From Halocafeteria seosinensis (taxonomy: Eukaryota): a stretch of 38,537 nt of DNA. This document shows positions 8,733 to 21,065 of this stretch, piece after piece. Each line of letters starts with the position of its first letter. Within the stretch, counting starts at the first letter, position 1. Under the pieces are notes generated by a model. It saw nothing but the letters and a program-made list of their open reading frames with translations. It did no database searches and was not told the origin of the DNA. Both the position numbers and the translations under genes were made by a program. The stretch spans positions 1 to 38,537 of the forward strand of contig LVLI01000288.1 of NCBI GenBank assembly GCA_001687465.1, written 5' to 3'.

Positions 8733-11700
8733 CTACAAGCCATCTACGAGTCGCTGGACGGGACGGCGACCTCTCCGTGGTCGATCTGTTTCATCGAGCT
8801 CGTTCTCTTTACCCAGAGGACGTCCCTTTTTTGGGTTGTGATCTTGTACGCTTTCTTGCTTCGCAATGTTTCGCTTCTTGCGGGTGGATGTACGCCCACT
8901 ATCTCGAACACTATGCTTTGCGGTTGGTTGTCCAGTCACGACGTTATGGGAGACGTTTGGACTAGCCCCAAAAGAACTCTCTTGAGATACGGCAGTGACG
9001 CAACCGGTTTCGTTTTCCTCATTGTACGTTGTCTCCTGGCTGGATTCCAGTGTACTAGTTGTTTCAACATTGCTAGACGTTGGAACCAACCTCCTTCGCG
9101 CCTTCCTGGAGGAGCGAGAACTAGTCTGGAGGCCACTCTGAGTTTGCGACACAGCTAACTGTTCACGATGTTGCTTCCCCTGGATGTAATTCCTGCTTGG
9201 GGGTGTTTTGATATCACCCACATTCACTTCAAATCGAGCCCTGTGAGCGGTGGGGGTTGTGCCTGTCGTGTTCTTGGAACTGCGTTGCTTGAAAAGATTC
9301 GTCGGAAGACAAACTTGTGGGGCAATAGTGGACACCTGGTCGGCCCGCCGCAATTTGTTTTTGAGAATTTGTTGAGCCAAGTTGGCACAAGCAAAAATGC
9401 GTTTGTTGGGGGGATAAGAAGCATCTTCGCAGTTGAGAATCACCGTGGCCATGTGCATCAAGAAACTTAGAGAGTCTGGAGCACCGGTATTACTCTTCCC
9501 TTGCGTAAGGGGACGCGCTGTTAAAGGAACAACAAGCTCAGATAAGCAGCATAACTGAAACTTGAACGCAGAAGTAGCCAGGTCCTTATCCACAGCGTAT
9601 TTCGTCCAGGCTGATTCAGGAGGGAAATTAGACAAGTGAGAAAGGATATACAGTAACACTGGGAAACTGTAGTCTGGAGACATTTGAGCTAGCCTAGGCT
9701 GGACAGACTCATCGCTATTGTTATTCCTCTCGACCAGAGTTGAATATAGCTTTCGATACTTAGGGATAGTGACACGTAACTGTGACCTTGCTGGCTGTTT
9801 GACATCTTTTGATGAGTCAGCTGCTGACAAGGAAAGCCATGAAAGGAAGATCGGTTTCAGAGACCCATTCGAAAACAGTTTCACTAATAGCCGAGAAGCG
9901 CTATGTCGCACGACAACTTCCTTATCAATCAAACACTCACCCACAGACACTAGTGGGCGGGGTTGAGTGCAAAACGAGTCAAATGGAGTAGATGCTGCTA
10001 TTCTCGTCAGTCCCTGGGAAGCCACAATCTTCAGCAACGAGGAATCGGGTTGGCGAAGTTCGCAGCCACTAAGTGGTTGACCATCAGTCTCACAAATTTT
10101 GCAAAGAGCTTCTACAATACGTCTAAAGACATCGTTCGTCTCTTCCCGAGATAAAATCCATTCGTCGGAGGAAATGGTGCGCGCAGAATAGTACTTTGCA
10201 ATACCCCTACAGACGTTTACCATACACTTAGTTGCCATAGCTCTCGCTGCTCCCGACCATGTGACATCCTGTACATCATGAGGACAGAATCTCTGGTCCA
10301 ACCAAACACTAGACTTCGGACAGTGTAGAACGGAGCCATCGACGGCCTGAAGTTTGACAGTCGGCTTATTGCTCGACGGTATGTTGCTCGCGGAGTGCTG
10401 CCGGAGAGGAGACAAAGCGATGTCCTTCTGAAGTGTGTCCAGTAGCTGGGGAAGTTCGCCGACAGCGACGGAGGGATCGCAAAGCAACAACTCAGATAAC
10501 ATCACAAGCCGTGAAACCAACAAGACAAAAGGCTTTTTGGATGACTCTCCCTTAGAGCCATCGCTCCCTCGGATCGTAGATTCGCTTTCGGAGTCCATGA
10601 CAGTATCGTGTTCCTCTTGGTCGATTCGAAACTGCTTCTCAAACGTATCCGTAAGAGTCATGAGTTTGTTTTTGCCGCGCACTGCGTTAAATAGTGTTCG
10701 TAGCGCATCTTCGGAAGAATGGCTCAGTTTAATGAACGCCCGAGTAGCATGTTTAACTACCTTGATACACCAAGAATAGTCTCCGATATCGGTCTCAAGA
10801 AGAATAATGTCCTTGAGGGAAGATTCCAAGCTTGAAACGGATCCCGATTCCTGGATCTGTGTAGAAAGGTTGGCATAGATTCGAACAAGGACTTCAAGCT
10901 GAGGGCCTTTGCAACGTGGCAGTAGCTGGAGGAAATCGTCCAGGGTATCCTTCAGTAGGTTCGGAAAAAACGAACTGAGGTCATCGATCAAACCTAAAGA
11001 CTCAGTCGAAAATACGTCAAACTCTCCGCGCTTAAACTGTGTTGTTTCAATACAACGTGCCATGATTCTCGCCAAATGAGGTATCATATCAATGGTAACA
11101 GTATGCATCGCAGTTTTCCTCCACAGTGGCTTTAAGACTTCCACAGTATTACTTTTGTTCCCTACTCGTTCGAATAAATCTGTCTTAGCAAACGTCAAAG
11201 ACTCGGCTGTGGAGCAAACGTTGGCCATAGTCTTCATTCTGTGGAAGATACGTTGATCTTTCATAGTCGATAGATGGCGTAAATTTTCTTTCGCCTTTGT
11301 CTGAGAGCCGGCAAGTTGCTCGATTGACCATGCCAGCCTGTCTTCTCCTGAAGAATCTTTACCTCGTTGAGATCGGGAGCTCAGAAACGTGTTAACAAGC
11401 ATTTGGTTACGAGCGCGTTCACGGAAAACAGCCTTGAGTGCACTGCGTGCAGAATCATCAAGAGAGACATAGAGCTGCATGATACCACGTGACCGACCTT
11501 CTTCGGACAGCTTTTGCGGCAGCAAAATATGATCTAAAAGCTGCAGCATTCGTTGTCGTATGTCAGCCTCTGGCTGTGTGTACATTGACAGAATTGCACT
11601 CGGAACCCAACATAGCTTTTTTAGTGGATCATATTTGTCTCCCGGCACACCGAAATCCTCGGCAGTGGTACCAGTCAGACCATCCAGGGGAATGCAGCAT

Positions 11701-13462
11701 CTGATGTCCAGTACGGTCTCATCAAGGTCTTCTGTTTGCTTGTTGCCTTTGGTAGCTTTCTTGGTATTCTTTCCGAACATTGCTGAAACGCTATAGTTTT
11801 CCAAACAGCCTTCCCACAGAGCAGGAATGTGAGCACCAAATGCCTGTGAAAGCCCCGTTGCTGCCTCTTTTCTGACATCGGGTACCTTGTCATGGGTCCT
11901 ATCTCCCACAGAAACCAGTAAATCCATGCTGACCGAGCTGAGAGACGCCGCAGCGGCGTCGCATATTGCACGAACAGCCTCTAAACGAACCGACTTCTCG
12001 TAGTCCAGTAGTCGTTTCTTTAGGTGAGGCTCTAGCTGGGTCACTAATTGGCTATGAGCACTGAGGATCCGCCCTCCAGCGGCGACCACATGTAGGCGAA
12101 CATCAGCATCGACGTCATGGAACCTCTCACAAAATTGGGAAAACTGTTTCGCGTACGAATTTCCAAGACAGGTAGCTTCGCTGGAATAGAGATCACCAAG
12201 CAAGTGAACCGCAGCCAACCGGACATCGGCGTCATCCACTAGCAGCTCTTGAGTCACCGCGGGAATCACATACAGTAGAAGTTGTGGCGAGATCAAATGC
12301 AGTTCATACACTATATCGAAAACAAGTTGCTTATCACGTATGTCGCTCTCTGTAGTTGAGCCGTCCCCAGTTATTAGAACAGCGTTAACCAACTCAGAAA
12401 TTGGAGGCTGCAGCCGATCTGCAGCGCGAGAAATTACTTGTTTGGACACAGAGTAAGCTGCAGGGTTCTGGTTCTGCACGGCACAAGACTCGTAAATATA
12501 CAAGAGAAAGGATACCATACACATTCTCACGGATAGTCATACCTTGTACTTAGGGAGCGTCCGCTTGAGAATGCAGGAGAGAATCGACTGAGATATTTCT
12601 TCCATCTCATCTATGCATGCTAGTATGACATCCACCATAAAGGCCTCTACTTTCGTCGACATATTTGGCTGGATGGTCTCCAAGAGACACTCAAACAAGT
12701 CTAGTAAATATCCTTCATAATTTGAGTCTTTCGTTGCAAGATGAACAAGAAGGATGCATGACTTTACAGTTGCCAGACTCTCCAGCAAGTAAAACGCGAG
12801 CTCGTATCGAGCCGACGCCGTGGGCTGTAGCTCTTGAAGATCATCCGTTGATTCCTCGGTAGTTCTTGACTGGTTCAGTTCTCGCAATTGGGCGATGATT
12901 ACCTCAAAAGAATCCTGCAATTATGCACAACAAAACGTGTATGTGAGAGAAAAAGGCCCTGTTTCGAAAGAAGTTCAATGCTTACTTTCAGCTGCACATC
13001 GCTGTACGGCGCGTCCGGGGCATAAATTCTCAGAATATCAACAATACAGCATGCCACTAGCATTCGTACATCCTGAAAGTCATTGAGATCAAAGCAACTC
13101 AACAAGATTACTTCTTCCAATACGTGTCACAACCCAACATAGGAGTGAGGAATTGAAAACAAACAAGGACGACGCGGGCGCGCGCTTACTTTATCGTTGT
13201 GTTTGAGGAGCTGACGTTCCACGAGCTGCTTTGATACCTCATTCAAATTCTCCGTAGGGTAGTCTTGATCTAACCCTTGTAGCCATTGGCAAAGTGCTCG
13301 TAGGCGCATCTTTAAATCAATATCTTCCCCCGTGCTATTGCGCTTTGAGTGCTGGGAAGCTACGAGGAATCCAGGAGCCTGCATCTGCGATACACTAAAC
13401 TGTACGCTTGATCCTCCAATGGAGGATGCACCCGTCGTACGACGCGCATTATACGCTGACAT
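8733..13462 (-). CDS. PDS5: Sister chromatid cohesion protein PDS5 (HEAT repeats)
   Basis: Exons 13462-13190, 13072-12986, 12914-12543, 12473-8733. Motifs [62 protein letters not shown]. Basic tail with GRP/RRGRRP. Confidence 0.95.
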
Positions 13463-13925
13463 GACTGCGGTATAACAGCCCTATTGTCGCGTATACGCAA
13501 AGGAAACGAGGAGGAATCAAGGTTTGGATTCCTTCAACTGTGCAATGTTTGTTTCCTGAAGGGGTGGAGACTATGCCGCACTACGCCGTCACTCCTCCAA
13601 ATTGGTCCTTTACGTAGGTCGTATACACCGCTGTGTTCTTGCCTGAATACTGTCGTGCTCGTACAATAACAACGCTGCAATTACGTTCGCTTCTTCTCAT
13701 TTTTCAAATCGATTTGAATTTTTTGTAGTGCCGCCGGAGGAAACAATCTTTTGTTGGAACTGGCAACACGACGGAATGTTTGTCGTGTTGCTGGTGATCT
13801 TCCCGAAAGCCTTCCAGACGATTTCATCGTGAATTTTGTCAAATTTATAGTATCGGAGAGTACATTCATTGCGCGTTCCTTTTGTCGCTCGTATATCCGG
13901 ATTCTGTGGGTTCCATACCGCCACT

Positions 13926-15446
13926 ATGCAGCAACATCTCTCCCGCGCTGTCCGGCGTTGCACCGCGGCAGCGCCCAGAATTGCGAATTCCATTAAGGCT
14001 GTGCAAAATGGTCCTTTGTCCACTTTAGCATCACGAGGTTTTGCCAGCGAGGCGAATGCGACTTTCGATCTGACGACGCCGCACGAGACACATTGTAAGT
14101 CTGCATGGCATGTTTCCTGGCACCACCATCCAAGCGTCATTTCACCTTGAAATGGCCTCTATGCGCAGTGTGTGATGGACCTTCTAATACGTCGACAGCT
14201 ACGAAAGAGGAGCTCCTCAGTTACCACGAGCTGATGTACATAATTCGACGTATGGAGATCACATGTGACAATGAATACAAGGTATGAATGGTGGAGTCTG
14301 AAGCATGCTTTTTGTTCCCTTTAACCTCCCTAATTAAACCCATTATTTGCAGGCACGCAATATCCGAGGCTTTTGCCATTTGTCTGATGGGCAGGTACGC
14401 TACGATAGAACGGCGTTTTCTCGTTCTCTAATTGGGAATTGTGTTATGTTTGTGGTTAACACAGGAAGCGGTAGCCGCTGGTTTACGTGGCGGTATCACG
14501 TTTGACGACGATATCACGACCGCTTACAGATGCCACGGTATAAGCGTTGCTCGTGGTGATACTCCGAGTCGTGTTTTCGCTGAGCTTTTCGGATTTTCGA
14601 ACGGTTCTTCCCGAGGAAAAGGCGGTTCGATGCATCTGTACTCCAAGAAAAATAGATTCTGGGGTGGATTCGGTATCGTTGGAGGACAAGTACCTGTTGG
14701 GTGCGGTGTTGGATTCGCTAACAAGTACAGAACGAAGGGTCAGTGGTAAGTTGAGACCTAAATCTGTTAAGTTTCAATATCTTAGTTTCTACTGCCAAAG
14801 AGAAACATTGTCCTTCAGGCCATCCACTGTAAGCGTCGTAATGTACGGGGACGGTGCTGCCAACCAAGGGCAGGTTTGGGAAGCGGCCAACATGTCAAAA
14901 CTTTGGAACCTTCCCAATATACTTGTTTGCGAAAACAACAAATACGGAATGGGAACATCCATTAATCGCCACTCATGCAATCCTGACTACTATAAGCAAG
15001 GTGGAGTTGCCATTCCAGGGGTTAGATGCGATGGCATGGATGTCCTTGCTGTAAAGGAGTGTTTTAAGTGGGCCAAAGAGTTCGCAGGAAACGGAAACGG
15101 GCCTCTCTTTGTAGAGACAGTAACTTATCGCTACCATGGACATTCTATGTCTGACCCAGGTTTGACATACCGTACACGGGAAGAAGTGCAAGACATTAGG
15201 CAGAACAGGGATCCTATAGAACTCTTGAAAAGTAAGATTATGGACGCGGGTTTTGCAACCGAACAAGAACTAAAAGAGAAGGAAAAAGAATTAAGGAACT
15301 ACGTACAAGATGAACTGAAGGCGGCGAAAGAGGGACAACAACCACCTTTGGATGAACTATATACCAATATCTACTACAATGAAGAGCCAGAGTTTACTCG
15401 TGGCACTGAAATGCACCGCTCACGTGACTTGCGAGCGCAACAATAG
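13926..15446 (+). CDS. PDHA1: Pyruvate dehydrogenase E1 alpha subunit, mitochondrial
   Basis: Exons 13926-14094, 14169-14281, 14353-14394, 14465-14745, 14819-15446. IRGFCHLSDGQEA, GKGGSMH, TPP motif YGDGAANQGQ...ENNKYGMGT, TYRYHGHSMSDPG. Arg/Ala-rich N-terminal presequence. Confidence 0.98.
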
Positions 15447-15618
15447 GAATCTTTCTGAGAATGCGGCCCACAGAGCGCGTCAGAACCTGTCATTTATGTG
15501 TACCCACATTGAAAACAAACTAAACTTCTAAAAAATACAATTGAGACAAGCAAATGAATTGTTGCTCATGTAAATATTAGCTCAATGGGTCTGTACCGTC
15601 AGAGTAATTAGTCTCGCC

Positions 15619-16247
15619 TTAGTGGCCACCGCCAACAGCTACACGCTTCTTTGCTGCAAGCTTCCTGCTGATAGGCCTCGGGGAAGGTTCCGGCTTGGGT
15701 ACCACAGCATGAGGTTCGCTCAAAATGAGTTCAATATGGCAAGGATGTCCCAAATACGGCCCGATACGTCCGTGCGCACGGTATGTACGACGACGGGTCT
15801 TGGGTGCCGCATTTACTTGCACGTGGCTTATTCTGAGTTTTTCCGTATCTAGATTTTTTACTTCGGCATTAGCTTCAGCGTTTCTGATCAAATCCAGGAA
15901 GAATTTAACAGCCTTCGTCGGGAAAGCAACAGCGTTGCCCGGAGCATGTTTCTCCTGCTTGCCTACAGCACTGCGACCGCAGCCACCAGTAAATTTGCGC
16001 ATGGGTACACCACGCTTGTGTTCAAGCACTTCATTCAAATAATGCTTTGCCTTAGGCAAGTTCATGTTCTTCAACGCATGTCCGACTTCTCTGGCCTTCT
16101 TGAAGTGTACATTCAGGTAGCTTCCACGGGTCTTGGCGGCTGCATGACAGGAAGTGCAGGTAAGGCGAGGGATTCGTAAAATGAAACAAAGTATAAAAAT
16201 TGCTTACCCTTGGCCTCATCCGATGGATCCTTGCTATAACGCACCAT
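15619..16247 (-). CDS. RPL17: 60S ribosomal protein L17 (uL22)
   Basis: Exons 16247-16208 and 16139-15619. MVRYS..., KTRGSYLNVHFK, NAEANAEVK, RRRTYRAHGRI, PCHIELIL. A likely 5'-UTR intron (16300-16248) ends right at the ATG. Confidence 0.97.
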
Positions 16248-16509
16248 CTGCGTAAACATTAAACGATGTGATTGTGAACGAAATCTGGCAGACCGCTCAC
16301 GGGTGGTAAACTGGGGGCAAACGCTTGATTCAGCCAAGCAGTCTAACACTGCTTCCATTGGAGAAAAACCCCTCTATAAAGAATATCGTAGTGTCGCCAC
16401 CTTATACATTACTGCGCATGAGTACCACAACCCTCCCCTCTCAGGTTTCGGCAGCCAAACTACCGTCGACAGCGTTCTCTTTCCGGATATTTCCCATCCA
16501 TACACTTGA

Positions 16510-16634
16510 ACATGTTCTCTATCATTGTGGGTATCCATATTTGGTCATCATGGCTGTCCATAGAGCTCATATCAAAGGGTATACAAGGGAAGCTTTGGTG
16601 TCAGCCCCAAGCTCCCTGACCAGCCTGACCCTTG
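16510..16634 (-). ncRNA. Candidate box H/ACA-like RNA
   Basis: By eye: hairpin (CAAGGGT/ACCCTTTG lower stem, AGGGAGCTT/AAGCTTCCCT upper stem), ATATGA matching the ANANNA H box (16572-16567), second hairpin (CTCTAT/ATAGAG), then ACA plus 3 nt. Length 125 nt. Not folded computationally. Confidence 0.3.
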
Positions 16635-17092
16635 CGCGTCTCGCCCCCTGCGTCCTTCCCCTTACGAGCACCCTCGATCCTTTTTGTCTCTCCGCGATAG
16701 GGGTGGCTGACTGCTTACCTTAATCTCTCTTCTCTTTCGAGTATTACAGAAATCCCAACTATCTGGCAGAGAATTCTAACTGATAAACAGTTTATTCCCC
16801 ATACAAGAAAGTTTACTCTGACGGTAAACAATGAGACTAACCCTGCGTGAGTGGCTGCCAGATATCCCGAGTCAAACCTCAACTTTTGTTTGTCACTTTT
16901 TGTAGATCTTCTCTTTCCTATGCCAGAAAAGAGATGTACGCTGTATCAATTGGCATCGAGATGTCGCAGCTGATAGTGGAAGATTAACGCACGTCAGACG
17001 GACCACGAGGAGTCGAGTGGAGACTCAGAAATTGCACAATAGACGCCAGTTCTGGAGGGTGTTCTCCAACACGACACGCCTAGGTGGAGACA

Positions 17093-18320
17093 ATGATGGT
17101 TCACTCGACTGTGCGATTGAATCAAATTATTTTACAGACTGTTCTGGTAACAGCAAGTTTGCTAGTGCACAACACGGTTGCTCAGCCGGGATATGGATAT
17201 GTGTCCAAGCGCTGTGAGACGCAGCAGGACAGCGGCAGCACCTGCGGCCTCAGCCCTATACAAGCTGAGCATGCACAGGATCTGTTGCGAGAGATTCTAC
17301 CCATTTCCTCTTCGAGCAGCAGGAGTTCTCAACTAGGTCAGCATAGAGGAACGGATAAACAGAACCTTGCCCAAGAGATTCAACATGCGGTGGTGGTATC
17401 TGCACCGCTTCAGGATCTACAAGCATGGGAAGTTCCTCTCGAAGACACTGCAGGCTTGTTGAATGAACCGGATGCGGACGTCGTCATGTGCGATAAGCTC
17501 CCACCGACTTCCTCTTTGATACATCATAAAGGTAGGGCCGCTGCTCCCTTTCTGATAGACTGCGACACCTCGTCAAAATCCCAGAGCTGGAGCGCGAGAG
17601 TTGCCGGACACACAGCTCACACGAACAATGGTGTGTCGCTGTCCGCTTGCGGCAAATCTGTAAGCCCGGACTTATTGAAATCGGTTGGAATAACAGGGAA
17701 GCAAAGTAGCGGCAATACTTGCAAAGCTGTTAGCATCGATACTGGAAACGGTGTTGTTACCCTGGATCTAACGGATGAAGCCTCGCGACGAGCCATGCTT
17801 GAGGTTGTATCCATCCTAAGCTCTATTGAGCACTTGAGACAGAGCTCTGGTAGTGATTCTCATTTACCGGGACTTACTCATGCCGGGCTTCTTGGTACAG
17901 AGGTAAGATGCGGATAATTGTCTGCCATATCTTGTTGGTGAAGTCACGTAGTGAGTATCTATTGGTGTGCAGAACATACTCGATCTAGAGAAGAAGCGCT
18001 CACTGCAACAAGTGCAACGTAACGCTATCAACATGCTCATGGATGCAATCAAAGAGAAACACTCTAGTGCTCTCGTTTATTTTACTGTGGGTGGAAGTGC
18101 GAGCCAAAACTTCGCAAGAAGCCTACACGAGCACGATGAATTCGTCAAGAAGTACTCCTCACATGACATTCAACAATTCCAGATCTTCTTATGGACCGGT
18201 GTGCTTCTCGCATTAGTTACAGTTTGGATTGTGGTAGCCATGATTAACATGGACAACGGGAGGGACCCGCAACTATATTCATCCTTCCAACGAGCGGAAT
18301 CCCATCCTCATTCCGAGTAA
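17093..18320 (+). CDS. Type I membrane protein resembling V-ATPase accessory subunit ATP6AP2 / (pro)renin-receptor family
   Basis: Exons 17093-17902 and 17973-18320. N-terminal signal-like segment. C-terminal FQIFLWTGVLLALVTVWIVVAMINMDNGRDPQLY resembles the ATP6AP2 TM plus NMD..D..Y tail. Confidence 0.7.
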
Positions 18321-19086
18321 GAAAGGGCGCAACGGATACGATCACAAACTTTGCAAGCTTGTTATATACTAAACCTATTGGACTTGTTACATTGTGTGTA
18401 AAATAAAAACACAAGAACCAAGTTTAATCTTTCCCCGGCATTTACTCCCTCTCCTATCGTCATAGAAGGGGTAATATTGTTGAAGCTAACGTGTCAACAC
18501 ATTGACTCCGGGCTCTTTCCAATTAACTGAGCAGTGGCATTATTTAGTTGTTCAGGAACACTCCACTTCCCACTGCTAGTCACCCGGAAAAGGCGAATAG
18601 AAATTAATTCCTCCCTCCGGTACATTCATTGGTTACGCTTTTGGAACACCCAGAATAGAAGCAACGGATCAAGTGGCCAACGCCGCAGAATCGAGACCAA
18701 GGGCGTAAACGGTAAGTTACATGTACATGTAAGGAACACACAGCGTGTGATACTATAGGATAGTGATGTGCATTGTTCGGCAAACGGAGCCGGACTAAGC
18801 CAACTGCCATTTGAGGCCCAGTAAATGTCTATGCGTCTGGCGCAATTTGCGCGCAAAACGTGAAGTCAACCGTCTAATTGTTAGACAATTCATCAGAAGG
18901 TTTCCAGATTTTATCGTGTGCATTTGCTATCATTGCTCTACTTATCTTATTTTTTTGCCTAGTCAGAGTTCTTACACCATTGGATTCGGCAACGATGATG
19001 AAACGCAGCAGCTCTTCCAGGTGCGTACGAACGAGAGTTCTAGATGGTAGTGCAGGAAAAACTAACTCAAACGTATATGTATACAC

Positions 19087-21016
19087 ATGAGCAGTGCTGC
19101 GAAGAAATACGTGGGAGTGCCGCTTTCTAAACAGAAGGAAGACCAGCGCGGCACCTTGAAGCGTGCGCAAAAGGCTCGGTTGGTAGTTTGCCAGCGTCTT
19201 CGGGTAAGTACTGTGGCACTCTTATGTTTCTGTCACGTGGTCAATACTATAGTATTTTACAGATGGAGAGCAGATATGGTCCTGCCGATGCAAACAAGAT
19301 CGTTGATGCTTATCTTCGCGCGAACAATGGCAACTTGTCTATTGCTGCAGCCAAGGTATATTACATGCCGTAGTATTAGCAAGAGTGAAATGTTTGTTGA
19401 ACATTTGTTTCGTCCCCCATTCAGACAATGTCGCTGAAGGAAGTGATTGACGCTGCCCGACATGCGGGAGTTATATCTCGTCGCCGGACAGCTCCAAAGC
19501 AATTAAGTGAAGCTTCTTCAGCCAACGGCTACCCTACTGGGGATAAACAAGAGCAGCAAACTACCGATGCAGCAGAACCAGCACAAGACTCCAATCGTAG
19601 TAGCACCGGGAAGGACGGAACCATGCAAACTCCCACCAAGGGTATTGATCCCGCTTCTCTGAGTAAGAATAACCCACGAAGAGTGAAGCCTGGAGAAAAC
19701 ATTTGGTCGACCATCGCCAATTTGCAAGCTGAATTGAATGTATGCCCCGAATTAACATTTTAAATGCGAAACCTCTCGACCCTTGTACAGAAAGTGGTCT
19801 ATATCTTTCGTACGCGCAGGAACTAGGCGAGAAAGAAAAGGAACTTGAGAGTCCATTAAAGACTCAGAGACTCAAAACCGAATTGCAACGGCAGCTTGAA
19901 GAGAAGAAGCAAGAGCGAGAGCAACAGAAAGCAGAACTGGCTGAGCATCAAAGAAGGATTCGCGAGCAAGCGAGGGAATATGAAAGAGCACAGATGGAGA
20001 TGCGTCAAAAGGAGAAGCAAAAACTTGCAGAATCCTACGCTGAAATGAATGAAACATTTACGAAAATGCAAGAAGACAAGAAGGAAGAATTTCGTCGAAA
20101 GCGAGAAGAAGAACGAAGACAAGTACAAGAAGCCATTGCAGAAGAGCGTCGTCTGGCAGAAAAAGAGAAAGAGAAGAAGCGAAAACACTTGCAAGAAATG
20201 AAGCGGATGCGGGAAGAAAACGAAAGAGAGCTCCGGCAGCGAAAGCAACAGCAGGAAGAAGAAAAGAAGGAAGAAGCTCGCAGAGCTCGCGAGGCGGCGG
20301 AGGTGCTGGCAGAAAAGGAACGCCAACGGGAAGAAGCGGTCAAGAAGCGCCAGGAAGATATCGAAAGGAAATTATCGATGATGGCCGATGTGTATGCGCA
20401 GAAATCAACCGAAGAGCAGCTGGCGGAGAAGAAAGCCGAGAAAGAAAGAGAAGATAGAAACAGGATTCAGGATGAAAGGGAACGCGCGAAGCAAGAACGA
20501 AAGAAGCAAGCACTGAAAGAGGAAAACATCATTCGCCAGAAGCAATTGCAAGAAAACAGGAGGCAGAAAGAGATGGAGCGACAATTCGAGCAGCGCATCA
20601 AGCAAATCGAGGAAGCGAACAAGCGAGCGCGAGTCGAGGAAGAACGTGCGGAGAGGCGGCGCGCATTGGAAGAGCAGCGAAGGCTCAAACACGAATTAGA
20701 ACTTCAGATGCTCGAAAAGGCACAAACGCGGCAAGAAGCTAAAGAAATGGATAGCATTTCCCAATTGAATCGTCCACTTATCCAACACCTACAGAGTGAA
20801 ATTGAGGCCAAACGACAAAAGGTTAACCAACTTAAAGAACAAACAAGAAATATGGAAGTTAGCGCATCCGGACAAGCAGTTCTCAACAAGTTGGACATGG
20901 CTGAAAAAAAATTCTCCGCTGGTTCTGCCAACAATCCTGATACCCCCTCAAGAAAGCACAACAGTCGTTCGTCCCAGGCTACCAGTGCGGTTTCTCCGAT
21001 GAAAACCCTCCAATAG
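19087..21016 (+). CDS. E/K/R/Q-rich long helical (trichohyalin-like) protein, possibly ciliary or cytoskeletal
   Basis: Exons 19087-19203, 19263-19355, 19425-19739, 19820-21016 join in frame. About 330 aa of charged single-helix/coiled-coil sequence. Confidence 0.8.
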
Positions 21017-21065
21017 AGCATAGTTGCTATAGATCACCTGAAAATAGACATCTTCCACGTTCTGC

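Noticed and set aside
16836..16843. CTAACCCT as a telomerase RNA template for TTAGGG
   Set aside because: Only 8 nt, with no room for a pseudoknot before the enclosing stem closes and no identifiable promoter. Expected by chance in 38 kb.
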